DNA of 64,000 nucleotides from an uncultured Pelagibacteraceae bacterium (GCA_902580115.1 CACHJN010000004.1:31045-95044), one strand, 5' to 3'; shown: positions 52,093-62,462, counted from the stretch's first letter. Notes: a model not told the origin generated them from the sequence alone. Translations and numbers: made by a program.

Positions 52093-52845
52093 ATGGTTTT
52101 TAACAAACAAAGTTCAGCAACAAGATCTTCAGCATCTGAAGCAATAATTGATCAGGGCTTGAGAGCTTATATGCTTAAAGTTTATAACTACATGGCATCT
52201 GGAGTTGCGCTTACAGGTTTTATAGCTCTGCTTTTGTTTAAGATGGCAGTCGTGAGCGGTCCGAACGGAGAAATTTTAGGACTTACGCAATTAGGTAACA
52301 CTTTATATAACTCAGGTTTAGCTTGGGTAGTAATGTTGGCACCGCTTGGTGTTGTTTTTTATATGAGTTTTGGTATTGCAAAAATGAGCGCGTCTAAAGC
52401 CCAAACGGTATTTTGGATATTTGCAGCCTTAATGGGAGCTTCACTATCTTCTATTTTTCTCGCTTATACAGGCACTAGTATCACTAGGGTCTTTTTTATT
52501 ACAGCTGGTACTTTTGGAGCAATGAGTATTTACGGTTACACAACTAAAAGAGATTTAACAAAATTAGGTTCATTTTTGATGATGGGATTAATTGGAATCA
52601 TTATCGCATCATTAGTAAATATATTTTTGAAATCTTCGATGATGTATTTTGTGATTTCAATAATTGGTGTTTTAGTATTTGTAGGTCTAACTGCCTATGA
52701 TACTCAAAAGATTAAAAATATGTATTTAGCAAGTGACAGCGGAGAATTAATGGGTAAAAAAGCTGTGATGGGAGCTCTTACTCTTTATCTTGATTTCATA
52801 AATCTTTTTATAATGCTCTTAAGACTTTTTGGCCAAAGAAGATAG
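52093..52845 (+). CDS. Bax inhibitor-1/YccA family membrane protein
   Basis: DQGLRAYM..VYN.M, YGYTTKRDL, AYDTQ.IK, ALTLYLDFINLF. Confidence 0.95.
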   Translation: MVFNKQSSATRSSASEAIIDQGLRAYMLKVYNYMASGVALTGFIALLLFKMAVVSGPNGEILGLTQLGNTLYNSGLAWVVMLAPLGVVFYMSFGIAKMSASKAQTVFWIFAALMGASLSSIFLAYTGTSITRVFFITAGTFGAMSIYGYTTKRDLTKLGSFLMMGLIGIIIASLVNIFLKSSMMYFVISIIGVLVFVGLTAYDTQKIKNMYLASDSGELMGKKAVMGALTLYLDFINLFIMLLRLFGQRR

Positions 52846-52846
52846 T

Positions 52847-53188
52847 CTACTTAATTAATTCAATTTTCCCCAAACTAGTTCTGTCGATAAGTAATTTTAA
52901 ATTTTCTGATTTTTGAATAACTTTACCATTTTTATCTTTAATTAAATACTTCTCATTTTTATAGTTAGGTTTTAAATTTTTCAGAATTCTTAAGATTGGT
53001 TTTTCTGAGGCTCTTTTATATATATTAAATGATATCTCTTTATTTCCTGTATAAAGGCTATAATCTTTCCAAGTTCCATTTGAAACCATTTTTGCATATA
53101 GATTTAAAATAGTTTGAAGTTCTTTTTTGATAAAATAAGGTTGCTTTGCCTTACGATCATTATCTACAATTAATCTAATATTCTTCAT
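52847..53188 (-). CDS. DUF2794 family protein
   Basis: F...EL..IL.LY..MV..G.WKDY, F..Y.RASE.P. Confidence 0.85.
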   Translation of the reverse strand: MKNIRLIVDNDRKAKQPYFIKKELQTILNLYAKMVSNGTWKDYSLYTGNKEISFNIYKRASEKPILRILKNLKPNYKNEKYLIKDKNGKVIQKSENLKLLIDRTSLGKIELIK

Positions 53189-53747
53189 TCTTCTTATATT
53201 TATTAATTAATGGTAATTGTAATGCTGTAAATATAAAAGTTAAAGGTAAAATTCCCCAAACTTTAAAATTTACCCAAATATATTCTTTTTCAGGAGCGAA
53301 AGATCTCCAAACAATCTCATTTAAAATTGCTAAAAAAATAAAAAAGTAGGCCCATCTTCTGTTAAGCAATGTCCAACCAAAATCATTTAATTTGAAAGCA
53401 TTACCGAGAAATAATTTTAAAAGATTTTTTTTGAGAAAAGTGTCACTAATCAGTAAAGCTGCTGCGAATATTAAATTTATAATTGTTGGTTTCAAGTATA
53501 TGAAAATTGGATTATTAAAATAAAGTGTCAATCCACCAAATAATGATATTAACGCTGCGCCTACAAGAGGAACATAAGGAACCTTCTTTTCAACTGCATA
53601 AACTATAATTACCGCTATTATCGTTGAAATAATTAGTGGAGGTATGGCAATACTTAAATTGTTGCCGTTCGTCTTATAAAAGTAAAAAAATATTAATAAA
53701 GGCCCAAAGTCTGTGACAAATTTCAATAAAGACTTATTCACATTCAA
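53175..53747 (-). CDS. yciB: Inner-membrane protein YciB/IspZ (septation protein A)
   Basis: DFGPL, FGGLTL, KPTI, NEIVWR, WVNFKVWG. Confidence 0.93.
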   Translation of the reverse strand: MNVNKSLLKFVTDFGPLLIFFYFYKTNGNNLSIAIPPLIISTIIAVIIVYAVEKKVPYVPLVGAALISLFGGLTLYFNNPIFIYLKPTIINLIFAAALLISDTFLKKNLLKLFLGNAFKLNDFGWTLLNRRWAYFFIFLAILNEIVWRSFAPEKEYIWVNFKVWGILPLTFIFTALQLPLINKYKKNEEY

Positions 53748-53818
53748 ACTCTAACATAAATAAAATTATTATTAAATTTATATATTGATTTTAGATTAAA
53801 AATTATTAAGTATTGAAT

Positions 53819-54139
53819 ATGTCTACTAATAAAGCAAAATTTTCAATAGGTGAAGTAGTTAAGCACCGACATTTTGATTTCAGAGGGGTGATTTATGACG
53901 TTGATTTTGAATTTAATAATTCTGAAGAATGGTATCAGTCTATTCCTAAAGATGTAAGGCCAAGAAAGAATCAACCTTTTTATCATCTCCTTGCTGAGAG
54001 CAACGATGTAACGTATGAAGCTTATGTTTCTGAACAGAATCTTTTAATTGACGATTCTAACGAACCCGTTAAGCATCCCATGATAGAAGAAATATTTGTT
54101 GGAAAAAAAGGGACTAGCTATCTAAAACCTTCTAATTAA
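53819..54139 (+). CDS. hspQ: Heat-shock protein HspQ (YccV-like)
   Basis: AKF.IG.VV.H..F.FRGVI.DVD, QPFYHLLAE, AYVSEQNL; start at ATG 53819. Confidence 0.95.
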   Translation: MSTNKAKFSIGEVVKHRHFDFRGVIYDVDFEFNNSEEWYQSIPKDVRPRKNQPFYHLLAESNDVTYEAYVSEQNLLIDDSNEPVKHPMIEEIFVGKKGTSYLKPSN

Positions 54140-54313
54140 TCTTTATCGCCATAAATTAAACATTTTTGGTCCAAAACTCGGCCTAAAAATTTAAATACAG
54201 TTTTACTGTTAAAGCCTAATTGGGGATTACTCATACTTCTTACTCCCTCTCAATTCTCAATTAGGCAAAAATGCATCTTCCCTTAAAAAAAATACTGTAG
54301 TAATTACATTAAG

Positions 54314-55018
54314 ATGGATTTTTTTTCTTTTGGAAAAATAATTGTATATATAGATAAATTTATTAAGTTTATAAATTCAATTTTTTTCTTAGTTTTGATA
54401 ATAGGTCTCTCCTTTGCGCTTATCATTTCACCCATGGATTATTTACAAGGTGATACTGTAAGAATTATGTATGTACATGTACCTTCAGCATGGATAGGAC
54501 TTTCAATTTTTTCAATAATAGCGATTGGAACTTTATTAAATTTTGTATTTAAAATTAAAAATTTATATTTGTTTGTAAAAAGTTTAGCACCTATAGGTTT
54601 ACTATTTACATGCTTGGCAATAGTAACAGGCTCTCTTTGGGGTAAGCCGACGTGGGGAACATGGTGGGCTTGGGACGCCAGACTAACTTCGATGTTAATC
54701 TTAATGTTATTTTATGTTTTTTTTATAATGTCTTTTAAAATATTTAAAGATAGTGAGAAATTACCTCAAATTTTATCGGCGATTTCTATTTTGGGGATTA
54801 TAAACATTCCAATAATAAAATACTCAGTGGAATGGTGGTCAACATTACACCAACCAGCTAGTATAAAAATTATGGGCACGTCAAGCATACATTCTAGTAT
54901 GTTAGTTCCTTTATTCTTGATGTTATTGGTTTTATTGTTGTATTGTGCGTTAATTTTTCTAATGAAATACAAAACAGAAATCATTAAAATAAAGAAACGA
55001 AATATTAAAAGATTATGA
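54314..55018 (+). CDS. ccmC: Heme exporter protein C
   Basis: RIMYVHVP, WGKPTWGTWWAWDARLT, WW.TLHQ. Confidence 0.97.
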   Translation: MDFFSFGKIIVYIDKFIKFINSIFFLVLIIGLSFALIISPMDYLQGDTVRIMYVHVPSAWIGLSIFSIIAIGTLLNFVFKIKNLYLFVKSLAPIGLLFTCLAIVTGSLWGKPTWGTWWAWDARLTSMLILMLFYVFFIMSFKIFKDSEKLPQILSAISILGIINIPIIKYSVEWWSTLHQPASIKIMGTSSIHSSMLVPLFLMLLVLLLYCALIFLMKYKTEIIKIKKRNIKRL

Positions 55019-55248
55019 TTAACGAATTTTTAAATATGGGTGGATATGGTTTTTATATTTGGACATCTTTCCTTATAGTTACAGTTTTTTGTTTTATACT
55101 TTACTATAAAACAAAAAAAACACTCAAAAAATATGAAAAAGAATTAGCTCAAGAATTAGAAAAGTTGCCTATAGAACATAGAAAAAGAATAGCAAGATCA
55201 TCTAAAGTTATAAGTAGTATTTTAGCATCACAAAATAAATTAAGTTAA
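55015..55248 (+). CDS. ccmD: Heme exporter protein D
   Basis: MGGYGFYIW, single TM plus basic tail; between ccmC and ccmE. Confidence 0.9.
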   Translation: MINEFLNMGGYGFYIWTSFLIVTVFCFILYYKTKKTLKKYEKELAQELEKLPIEHRKRIARSSKVISSILASQNKLS

Positions 55249-55258
55249 AGCATTTTAG

Positions 55259-55684
55259 ATGCTTACAAAAAAAATTAAAACAAGATTGTTTTTTCTTTTA
55301 TCAGTTATTTTTATAACACTTCTTTTTTTAGCTTTCATTTACTTTAGTCTGAAACAAAATATTTTATATTTTAAAACTCCTTCGGAGATTTTTATAGTCG
55401 ATGGAATTAAGAGTAATTCAAAGATTAGGGTAGGAGGTATGGTAAAAAAAGATTCGATTCAACAAAATAATAAAGAAATCAAATTTATTTTAACTGATTA
55501 TAAGAAAGAATTAATAGTAGTTTATAACGGTGCGATTCCAAACTTATTTTCAGAAGAACGTGGAGCTGTAGTTGAAGGAAAACTTAATGATAAGAGCTAT
55601 CTTATAGCAGATAGAATACTAGCGAAACATGATGAAAACTATATGCCCCCAGAGATGAAAAAAATATTAGAAAATGCTAAGTAA
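55259..55684 (+). CDS. ccmE: Heme chaperone CcmE
   Basis: RVGGMV, PNLF.E, LAKHDENYMP. Confidence 0.97.
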   Translation: MLTKKIKTRLFFLLSVIFITLLFLAFIYFSLKQNILYFKTPSEIFIVDGIKSNSKIRVGGMVKKDSIQQNNKEIKFILTDYKKELIVVYNGAIPNLFSEERGAVVEGKLNDKSYLIADRILAKHDENYMPPEMKKILENAK

Positions 55685-57551
55685 TACTGGAAACATTTTA
55701 TTAATTGGAAGTATAGTTTCTACTTTTCTAATAATTTACTTTACTTATCAAAGCTTAAAAGAAAGAAGTTTCCAAATAAAAAAAAATATAATTTATTGGT
55801 CATTTTTACAAATAACTTTTGTAATTGCTTCATTCTTATTATTAATATTTGCTTTTGTTTTTTCAGATTTTTCTTTACTAGCTGTTTATCAAAATTCTCA
55901 CACCGCCAAACCTCTTTTTTATAAGATATCAGGAGTATGGGGAAACCATGAAGGAAGTATGCTTTTATGGATAAATATTATGGTACTTTTTTCCTATTTA
56001 TTTTTTGTTTTTAACAACAAAACTAATAGTGCTTTCAGCCTGTATACTTTGGTGGTGCAAAATATTTTGATTTTAGGATTTTTAATATTTTTAATATTTG
56101 ACTCAAATCCCTTTTTCAAAATTTTACCAACTCCGATTGAAGGCTTAGGATTAAATCCTATTTTACAAGATCCTGCTTTGGCAATACATCCTCCATTGCT
56201 GTACCTAGGCTTTGTTGGTTCATCTATTTATTTTTCTGCTGCAGTGGCAGCCATACTTTCCAACAGTAACGGTAAAAATTTTGCATTATCGATAAAAAAA
56301 TGGGTATTAATTTCTTGGTCTTTTCAATCACTTGGTATCATTGTTGGATCCATTTGGGCTTATTATGAATTAGGTTGGGGTGGATTTTGGTTTTGGGATC
56401 CAGTAGAAAATGCTTCATTAATACCTTGGTTTTGTATGACAGCATTAGCTCACTCTGTTTTGGTATTAGAAAAAAGAAATTATCTTTACAACTGGGTTCT
56501 AATTTTATCTTTAATTACATTTATTTCCAGCGTTACTGGAACGTTTCTAGTTAGATCAGGAATTTTAAATTCAGTTCATACTTTTGCCAATGATCCTTCG
56601 AGAGGGCTTTACATTTTGATTTTTTTGTCTTTAATGATATTTTCTTCGTTTATAATCTTTTTTAAAAGAAGAATTAACGATCAGTTTAATCTTAATGCGA
56701 TTAGTAAAGAAACTTTTATTTTAGGCAACAACTGGTTCATGATGTTTTATTTAGCCACTGTTTTTGTCGGCACAATTTATCCAATATTTACTCAAGTACT
56801 CTACAATACAAATATTTCAGTAGGACCACCATTTTACAATCAAGTAATTGCTCCAATTTTAATTCCTTTTTTAATATTTATGGCGGTAGGTCCAAAAATT
56901 GGATGGGTGAAAAGTAAGTTTATCACGTACAAGCCTTTTTTTATAATAATAGTTTTATCTCTTCTAATTAACTTTTTAATTTCCTATTTTTTGAAAAGCT
57001 ATAATCTGATTTCAAATTTAATTGTTATTTCCTCATTATTTCTAATTTTACACTCTCTTAAAGATTTTATTACTAATGTTAAGTCAAATTCTTATTTAAA
57101 CTTAGCAAGCTTTTTCTCTCATTTAGGATTTGGAATTTTAATTCTTTTTATAGTTTTGAATCACAATTTTAGCGAAGAATTCGACCTTAATATAAAAGTT
57201 GGTCAAACAAAAAAAATAGGAAATATGGAAATCAAATTTAATAACTTAAAGATTGAAAATAGGGAAAATTATAATGCTGTAATAGGAGATTTTAATATTC
57301 AAGATTTTCAAAGAAATTATTTAAAAAAGTTAAATCCCGAAATAAGAGTTTATGAAAATCCACAAACACTTACATTTGAGTCTGCAATTAATTCAAATTT
57401 AAAACAGGATATTTATCTAACTATGAGTAATATCGATGGGTCAGATTTTTATAATATCAAATTTCAAGTTAAACCATTTATGCTGTGGATTTGGCTCGCT
57501 GCATTCCTTACAGCTAGTGGTGGACTGGTAAGAGTCTTTTTAAAAAAATGA
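55674..57551 (+). CDS. ccmF: Cytochrome c heme lyase CcmF
   Basis: WGNHEGS, HPPLLY, WAYYELGWGGFWFWDPVEN, SVHTFA. Confidence 0.97.
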   Translation: MLSNTGNILLIGSIVSTFLIIYFTYQSLKERSFQIKKNIIYWSFLQITFVIASFLLLIFAFVFSDFSLLAVYQNSHTAKPLFYKISGVWGNHEGSMLLWINIMVLFSYLFFVFNNKTNSAFSLYTLVVQNILILGFLIFLIFDSNPFFKILPTPIEGLGLNPILQDPALAIHPPLLYLGFVGSSIYFSAAVAAILSNSNGKNFALSIKKWVLISWSFQSLGIIVGSIWAYYELGWGGFWFWDPVENASLIPWFCMTALAHSVLVLEKRNYLYNWVLILSLITFISSVTGTFLVRSGILNSVHTFANDPSRGLYILIFLSLMIFSSFIIFFKRRINDQFNLNAISKETFILGNNWFMMFYLATVFVGTIYPIFTQVLYNTNISVGPPFYNQVIAPILIPFLIFMAVGPKIGWVKSKFITYKPFFIIIVLSLLINFLISYFLKSYNLISNLIVISSLFLILHSLKDFITNVKSNSYLNLASFFSHLGFGILILFIVLNHNFSEEFDLNIKVGQTKKIGNMEIKFNNLKIENRENYNAVIGDFNIQDFQRNYLKKLNPEIRVYENPQTLTFESAINSNLKQDIYLTMSNIDGSDFYNIKFQVKPFMLWIWLAAFLTASGGLVRVFLKK

Positions 57552-58072
57552 AAGTAAGTTTTTTAAAAATAATTTCTTTTTGCTTAGTAATTTTTACTAT
57601 CATAGTTTTTTTTATAGCCTTGAATATCGATAAAAGATATAGCACTGAAAATATAATAGGAAAAAAAATTGATAATTTTAAAATTAAATTTCTTTCACAT
57701 GACCAAAATTTTGAGAATAAGGATTTATCAAACGATAAGTATCATTTAATTAATATATGGGCTTCGTGGTGTTTACCATGCAAAAAAGAACATCCAATTT
57801 TAATGAAATTAAGTAATGAAGATAATCTAAATTTAATTGGTATCAATTTTAAAGACAAAAAAAAGAATGCAAATAATTTTTTGAAAGATTTAGGAAATCC
57901 ATACAATGTTATTTTAAGCGATACAGACGGAACCAGTTCCATTTCTTTTGGTGTTTTTGGAGTACCAGAGACAATTTTAATAAATGAAAAGCACATTGTA
58001 ATTAAAAAGTTTATTGGACCATTAGATACAAATGATTATAAAAATATATTAAATGTTATTTATGAAAACTAA
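57548..58072 (+). CDS. ccmG: Thiol:disulfide oxidoreductase CcmG/DsbE
   Basis: WASWCLPC..EHP, GVPET. Confidence 0.95.
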   Translation: MKVSFLKIISFCLVIFTIIVFFIALNIDKRYSTENIIGKKIDNFKIKFLSHDQNFENKDLSNDKYHLINIWASWCLPCKKEHPILMKLSNEDNLNLIGINFKDKKKNANNFLKDLGNPYNVILSDTDGTSSISFGVFGVPETILINEKHIVIKKFIGPLDTNDYKNILNVIYEN

Positions 58073-58424
58073 ATTTTTAATTATTATCTTACTAATATTT
58101 AACATTAATCTTAGCGCTAATGAAAATATTGGGATAGACACAAAAATCTTTAAAAATCTCAGGTGTTTAGTTTGCCAAGGACAAACTATCGCAGAGTCTA
58201 ATTCTGATTTCGCACAGACAATAAAAATAGTGGTGAGAGACAAAATTAGTCAGGGTAGCAATGAAAAAGAAATCTATGAATTTTTATCAGAAAAATATGG
58301 AGAATGGATTGTTTATAAACCTAAATTTAATTACATAAATTCACTTTTATGGATTTCACCTTATATTGTTTTAATTCTCGGCGGGTATTTGATTTTCAAA
58401 TATTTTAGGAAGAGAAGACAGTAA
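58062..58424 (+). CDS. ccmH: Cytochrome c biogenesis protein CcmH
   Basis: LRCLVCQGQ.I..S, YGEWI...P. Confidence 0.95.
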   Translation: MKTKFLIIILLIFNINLSANENIGIDTKIFKNLRCLVCQGQTIAESNSDFAQTIKIVVRDKISQGSNEKEIYEFLSEKYGEWIVYKPKFNYINSLLWISPYIVLILGGYLIFKYFRKRRQ

Positions 58425-58474
58425 TTTAGTCTTACTGACTATACATTTTTGATTTAACGTAGTAATTTATTGTT

Positions 58475-58975
58475 ATGAATATAAAATTTTTTACGTGTAT
58501 TTTATTATTACTCGTTTTAAGGCAACCAATTGCTTTAAGCGAAAACTTAGATATTTCTGTCTACACAGGTACATTTGACGTAATCGATAAAGAGGGAGAT
58601 GACCAAACCTCAATGATAGGTGTCGAACACAGAGATACAGATTTATTTAGAAATACTTTTTTAGGTAAGCTCGCTCCCGTTACAGGCGCATTTGTTACTG
58701 GCAAGGACTCACTATATTTTTACACTGGCGTAGAAGGGCAGTATAGTATTGGTCTAATGAATATTTCTCCAAGCTTTACGCCTGGTTACTATGAAAAAGG
58801 TAGTGGTAAAGATCTTGGAAGTGCACTGGAGTTCAAAAGCGAAATTAAAGTTGGCTTTGATATTTTAAAAGATTCAAAACTAGGCTACAGCTATAGTCAC
58901 ATATCAAACAATGATTGGGGAAGTAAAAATCCTGGTACAGACAATCAACAAATAATATTTTCATCAAAATTTTAA
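58475..58975 (+). CDS. Lipid A 3-O-deacylase (PagL)-like outer-membrane beta-barrel
   Basis: Signal peptide, DLG...EF, HISN......NPG, C-terminal Phe. Confidence 0.8.
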   Translation: MNIKFFTCILLLLVLRQPIALSENLDISVYTGTFDVIDKEGDDQTSMIGVEHRDTDLFRNTFLGKLAPVTGAFVTGKDSLYFYTGVEGQYSIGLMNISPSFTPGYYEKGSGKDLGSALEFKSEIKVGFDILKDSKLGYSYSHISNNDWGSKNPGTDNQQIIFSSKF

Positions 58976-60127
58976 ATGTCTTTAAAAAATTGCCATAATT
59001 TTAGTGACTTTCGTAAATTAGCAAAAAGAAAGTTGCCTAGTCCAATATTTCATTACATAGATGGAGCAGCTGACGATGAAATTACCTATGCTCGAAACAC
59101 TAGTGCTTTTGACGACGTAGATTTAGTACCAAATGTTTTGAGAGGTGTAGAAAATGTTGATCTATCAACCACAATTTTTGGAAAAAAACTAGACTTACCT
59201 TTTTACCTTGCACCAACTGCATTACAAAGACTTTTTCATTACGAAGGAGAAAGAGCTGTAGGAAAAGCTGCACAAAAATTTAATACGATGTTTGGAGTTT
59301 CTGCACTAGCAACAGTTAGCGTAGAAGAAATATCTTCTATGATTGATACTCCAAAAATGTTTCAGTTTTATTTTCATAAAGATAGAGGTTTGAATACTTC
59401 TTGCTTAGAAAGAGCAAAAGCTGCAAAATTTGACGTCATGGCTTTAACAGTTGATACAATAACAGGAGGAAACAGAGAAAGAGATTTAAGGACTGGCTTT
59501 ACATCTCCTCCAAAATTAACTCTTGCAAGCTTATTTAGTTTCGCAACAAAACCAATGTGGGGCATAAATTACCTCACCAAAGGTAAGTTTGAATTACCAC
59601 ATATACAAGATCACCTTGAAGCTGGAACTAGCACTAATACTTCAATAGGAAACTATTTTTCTACAATGTTAGACCAATCTATGAATTGGAAAGATGCTGA
59701 AAAACTTTGTGCCCAGTGGGGAGGGCATTTTGCATTAAAAGGAGTTATGAGTGTTGAAGACGCTAAAAGAGCTGTAGACATTGGATGTACTGGAATTATG
59801 GTTTCAAATCACGGAGGAAGACAACTCGATGGATCAAGATCTCCTTTTGACCAATTAGCTGAAATAGTTGATGCCGTAGGAGATAAACTTGATGTTATTT
59901 GTGAAGGTGGAATTCATAGAGGAACCCACATGCTCAAAGCTTTATCATTGGGCGCAAAAGCATGCTCTGGCGGAAGACTTTATTTATACGCGTTAGCTGC
60001 AGCTGGTCAAGCTGGCGTAGAAAGAGCTCTAGGTCAGTACAAAGCTGAGTTAGAGAGAGATATGAAACTAATGGGTTGTACAAAGATAAGCGAACTAAGT
60101 AGAAAAAATTTAAGATTCAGAAGGTAA
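58976..60127 (+). CDS. lldD: FMN-dependent alpha-hydroxy acid dehydrogenase, copy 1 (LldD/glycolate oxidase family)
   Basis: YIDG, FQFY, TVD, GNRERD, LKG, SNHGGRQLD; substrate not determined. Confidence 0.85.
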   Translation: MSLKNCHNFSDFRKLAKRKLPSPIFHYIDGAADDEITYARNTSAFDDVDLVPNVLRGVENVDLSTTIFGKKLDLPFYLAPTALQRLFHYEGERAVGKAAQKFNTMFGVSALATVSVEEISSMIDTPKMFQFYFHKDRGLNTSCLERAKAAKFDVMALTVDTITGGNRERDLRTGFTSPPKLTLASLFSFATKPMWGINYLTKGKFELPHIQDHLEAGTSTNTSIGNYFSTMLDQSMNWKDAEKLCAQWGGHFALKGVMSVEDAKRAVDIGCTGIMVSNHGGRQLDGSRSPFDQLAEIVDAVGDKLDVICEGGIHRGTHMLKALSLGAKACSGGRLYLYALAAAGQAGVERALGQYKAELERDMKLMGCTKISELSRKNLRFRR

Positions 60128-61278
60128 TGAGTCTTAAAAATTGTTACAATTTTGAAGATTTTAGAAAACTAGCGAAAAAAAATTTACCTGCTCCGATATT
60201 TCATTACATAGATGGCGGTTCTGATGACGAAGTTACATTGAAAAGAAATACTGAGTCATTTTCAAAATACGACTTAGTTCCAAACATTTTAGCAAGTGTT
60301 GGTGAGCCTGATTTATCTACAACAGTATTAGGCACAAAAATAGATATGCCTCTTTTTTTATCTCCAACGGCGATGCAACGACTTTATCATCATGATGGTG
60401 ACAAGGCATCAGCGAGAGCAGCCGAAAAATACGGTACTTTCTATAGCATGTCCACAATGGCTACTTCATCCATAGAACAAATTGCAAATGTTTCAGGCGG
60501 ACCAAAGATGTTTCAATTATATATTCATAAAGATCAAGCCTTAACGGACAATTTAATTGATAGATGTAAAAGCTCAGGTTTTAAATCCTTGTGTTTGACT
60601 GTAGACACTGTTGTTGCAGGTAATAGGGAAAGAGACCATCGATGGGGATTTACTACTCCACCTAAACTCACCTTAAAAAGCCTAATGAGTTTTATTACAC
60701 ATCCTAAATGGACATTTAATTATTTAACTCACGAAAAATTCGAGTTAGCAAATGTGTCTCATTTTACAAAAAAAGGTTCTTCAATTGCAAAAGGTGTTAT
60801 GGAATATATAAACGAACAATATGATCCAGCTATGAGCTGGAAAGATGCGGAATATTGCGTAAAAAGATGGAAGGGTCCTTTCGCTCTAAAAGGGGTAATG
60901 TCAGTTGAGGATGCTAAAAGGGCAATTGATATTGGTGCAAGCGCAATTATGCTATCAAATCATGGAGGCAGGCAACTGGATGGATCAAGATCACCATTTG
61001 ATCAATTAAAAACTATAGTTGACGCAGTGGGAGGGAAGATAGAAATTATTGTCGATGGAGGAATAAGAAGAGGAACACATGTTTTAAAAGCCCTATCATT
61101 AGGCGCGACAGCCTGCAGTTTTGGCAAAGGCTTCCTTTTTGCATTAAGTGCAGGAGGACAAAAAGGGGTAGAAATGATACTTCAAAGAATGAAAGAAGAA
61201 TTAAGAAGAGACATGATACTTCTGGGTAAAAAAAACATAGGAGATTTGTCTAAAGAGAATCTTGCATTTAGAGACTAA
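60127..61278 (+). CDS. lldD: FMN-dependent alpha-hydroxy acid dehydrogenase, copy 2
   Basis: YIDGG, FQLY, TVD, GNRERD, SNHGGRQLD, DGGIRRG; substrate not determined. Confidence 0.85.
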   Translation: MSLKNCYNFEDFRKLAKKNLPAPIFHYIDGGSDDEVTLKRNTESFSKYDLVPNILASVGEPDLSTTVLGTKIDMPLFLSPTAMQRLYHHDGDKASARAAEKYGTFYSMSTMATSSIEQIANVSGGPKMFQLYIHKDQALTDNLIDRCKSSGFKSLCLTVDTVVAGNRERDHRWGFTTPPKLTLKSLMSFITHPKWTFNYLTHEKFELANVSHFTKKGSSIAKGVMEYINEQYDPAMSWKDAEYCVKRWKGPFALKGVMSVEDAKRAIDIGASAIMLSNHGGRQLDGSRSPFDQLKTIVDAVGGKIEIIVDGGIRRGTHVLKALSLGATACSFGKGFLFALSAGGQKGVEMILQRMKEELRRDMILLGKKNIGDLSKENLAFRD

Positions 61279-61295
61279 GGATTCTAATATTAGAT

Positions 61296-62462
61296 ATGAA
61301 ATTAGCAAAAAGCTTAGATAGATTAGGAACTGAAACTGCTTTTAGCGTGCTTGCTGAAGCAAAGAAATTGGAAGCAGCAGGAAAGCCGATGATACATCTT
61401 GGATTAGGTCAACCAGATTTTAAAACTCCAAAACATATTGTTGATGCTGCAAAGAAAGCTTTAGATGATGGCCATCACGGTTATGTTTTATCAAATGGAA
61501 TTCTTGAATGTAGACAGGCAGTTACAAGAAAGATTAAAAAATTATACAATCAGGATGTTGATCCAGAAAGAATTATAATAATGCCAGGTGGAAAGCCTAC
61601 GATGAGTTATGCAATTCAATGTTTTGGCGAACCGGGCGTCGAAATAATTCACCCAACACCAGCATTTCCAATTTACGAGTCTATGATAAATTTTACAGGA
61701 GCAAAACCTGTTCCTTACGATTTAACTGAGGATAAAGATTTGAAATTTAATCCAGAAAAAATTTTATCATTAATAACTGATAAAACTAGACTACTAGTTT
61801 TAATCAATCCAAATAATCCCACAGGAAGCTTTGTTGATAAATCTGATATCGATGTTTTGGCAGAAGGACTCAAAAAACATCCTCATGTTACTATTTTAAG
61901 TGACGAGATTTATAGTAGACAAATATTTGACGGAAAAGAGATGCCAACATTTTTTAATTACCCTGAACTTAGAGAAAGGTTAATTGTTCTTGAGGGATGG
62001 AGTAAAGCATACTCTATGACAGGATGGAGACTCGGTTGGAGTTTCTGGCCAGAAAAATTAGTAGAACATGTAAATAAATTATTAATTAATAGTGTTTCTT
62101 GTGTAAATGCTGCTGCACAATTTGCGGGCATTGCTGCTTTAGATGGTTCAGACGAATCGATAGATCATATGATGAATAAGTTCACAATTAGAAGAAAACT
62201 TATTCATGAAGGTTTAAACAATCTTCCAGGTGTAGAATGTAGTTTGCCTGGTGGAGCTTTTTATGCCTTTCCAAAGGTTATCGGTACAGGGATGAATGGC
62301 GCGGAGTTCGCCAAAAAATGTATGCATGAAGCTGGTGTTGCCATAGTGCCTGGAACTGCGTTTGGAAAGACCGCAAAAGATTATGTAAGATTTAGTTTTG
62401 CTGCGTCACAAGCTAATATTTCACAAGCTCTTGAAAATATAAAAAAAATGCTAGCTAAATAG
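61296..62462 (+). CDS. PLP-dependent class I/II aminotransferase (aspartate aminotransferase-like)
   Basis: GQPDF, NPNNPTG, SDEIY, SKAYSMTGWRLG, GAFY. Confidence 0.92.
   Translation: MKLAKSLDRLGTETAFSVLAEAKKLEAAGKPMIHLGLGQPDFKTPKHIVDAAKKALDDGHHGYVLSNGILECRQAVTRKIKKLYNQDVDPERIIIMPGGKPTMSYAIQCFGEPGVEIIHPTPAFPIYESMINFTGAKPVPYDLTEDKDLKFNPEKILSLITDKTRLLVLINPNNPTGSFVDKSDIDVLAEGLKKHPHVTILSDEIYSRQIFDGKEMPTFFNYPELRERLIVLEGWSKAYSMTGWRLGWSFWPEKLVEHVNKLLINSVSCVNAAAQFAGIAALDGSDESIDHMMNKFTIRRKLIHEGLNNLPGVECSLPGGAFYAFPKVIGTGMNGAEFAKKCMHEAGVAIVPGTAFGKTAKDYVRFSFAASQANISQALENIKKMLAK

Noticed and set aside
54314-58424. ccm operon lacking ccmA, ccmB and ccmI
   Set aside because: ccm genes are often split across loci in Alphaproteobacteria; absence cannot be judged from one window
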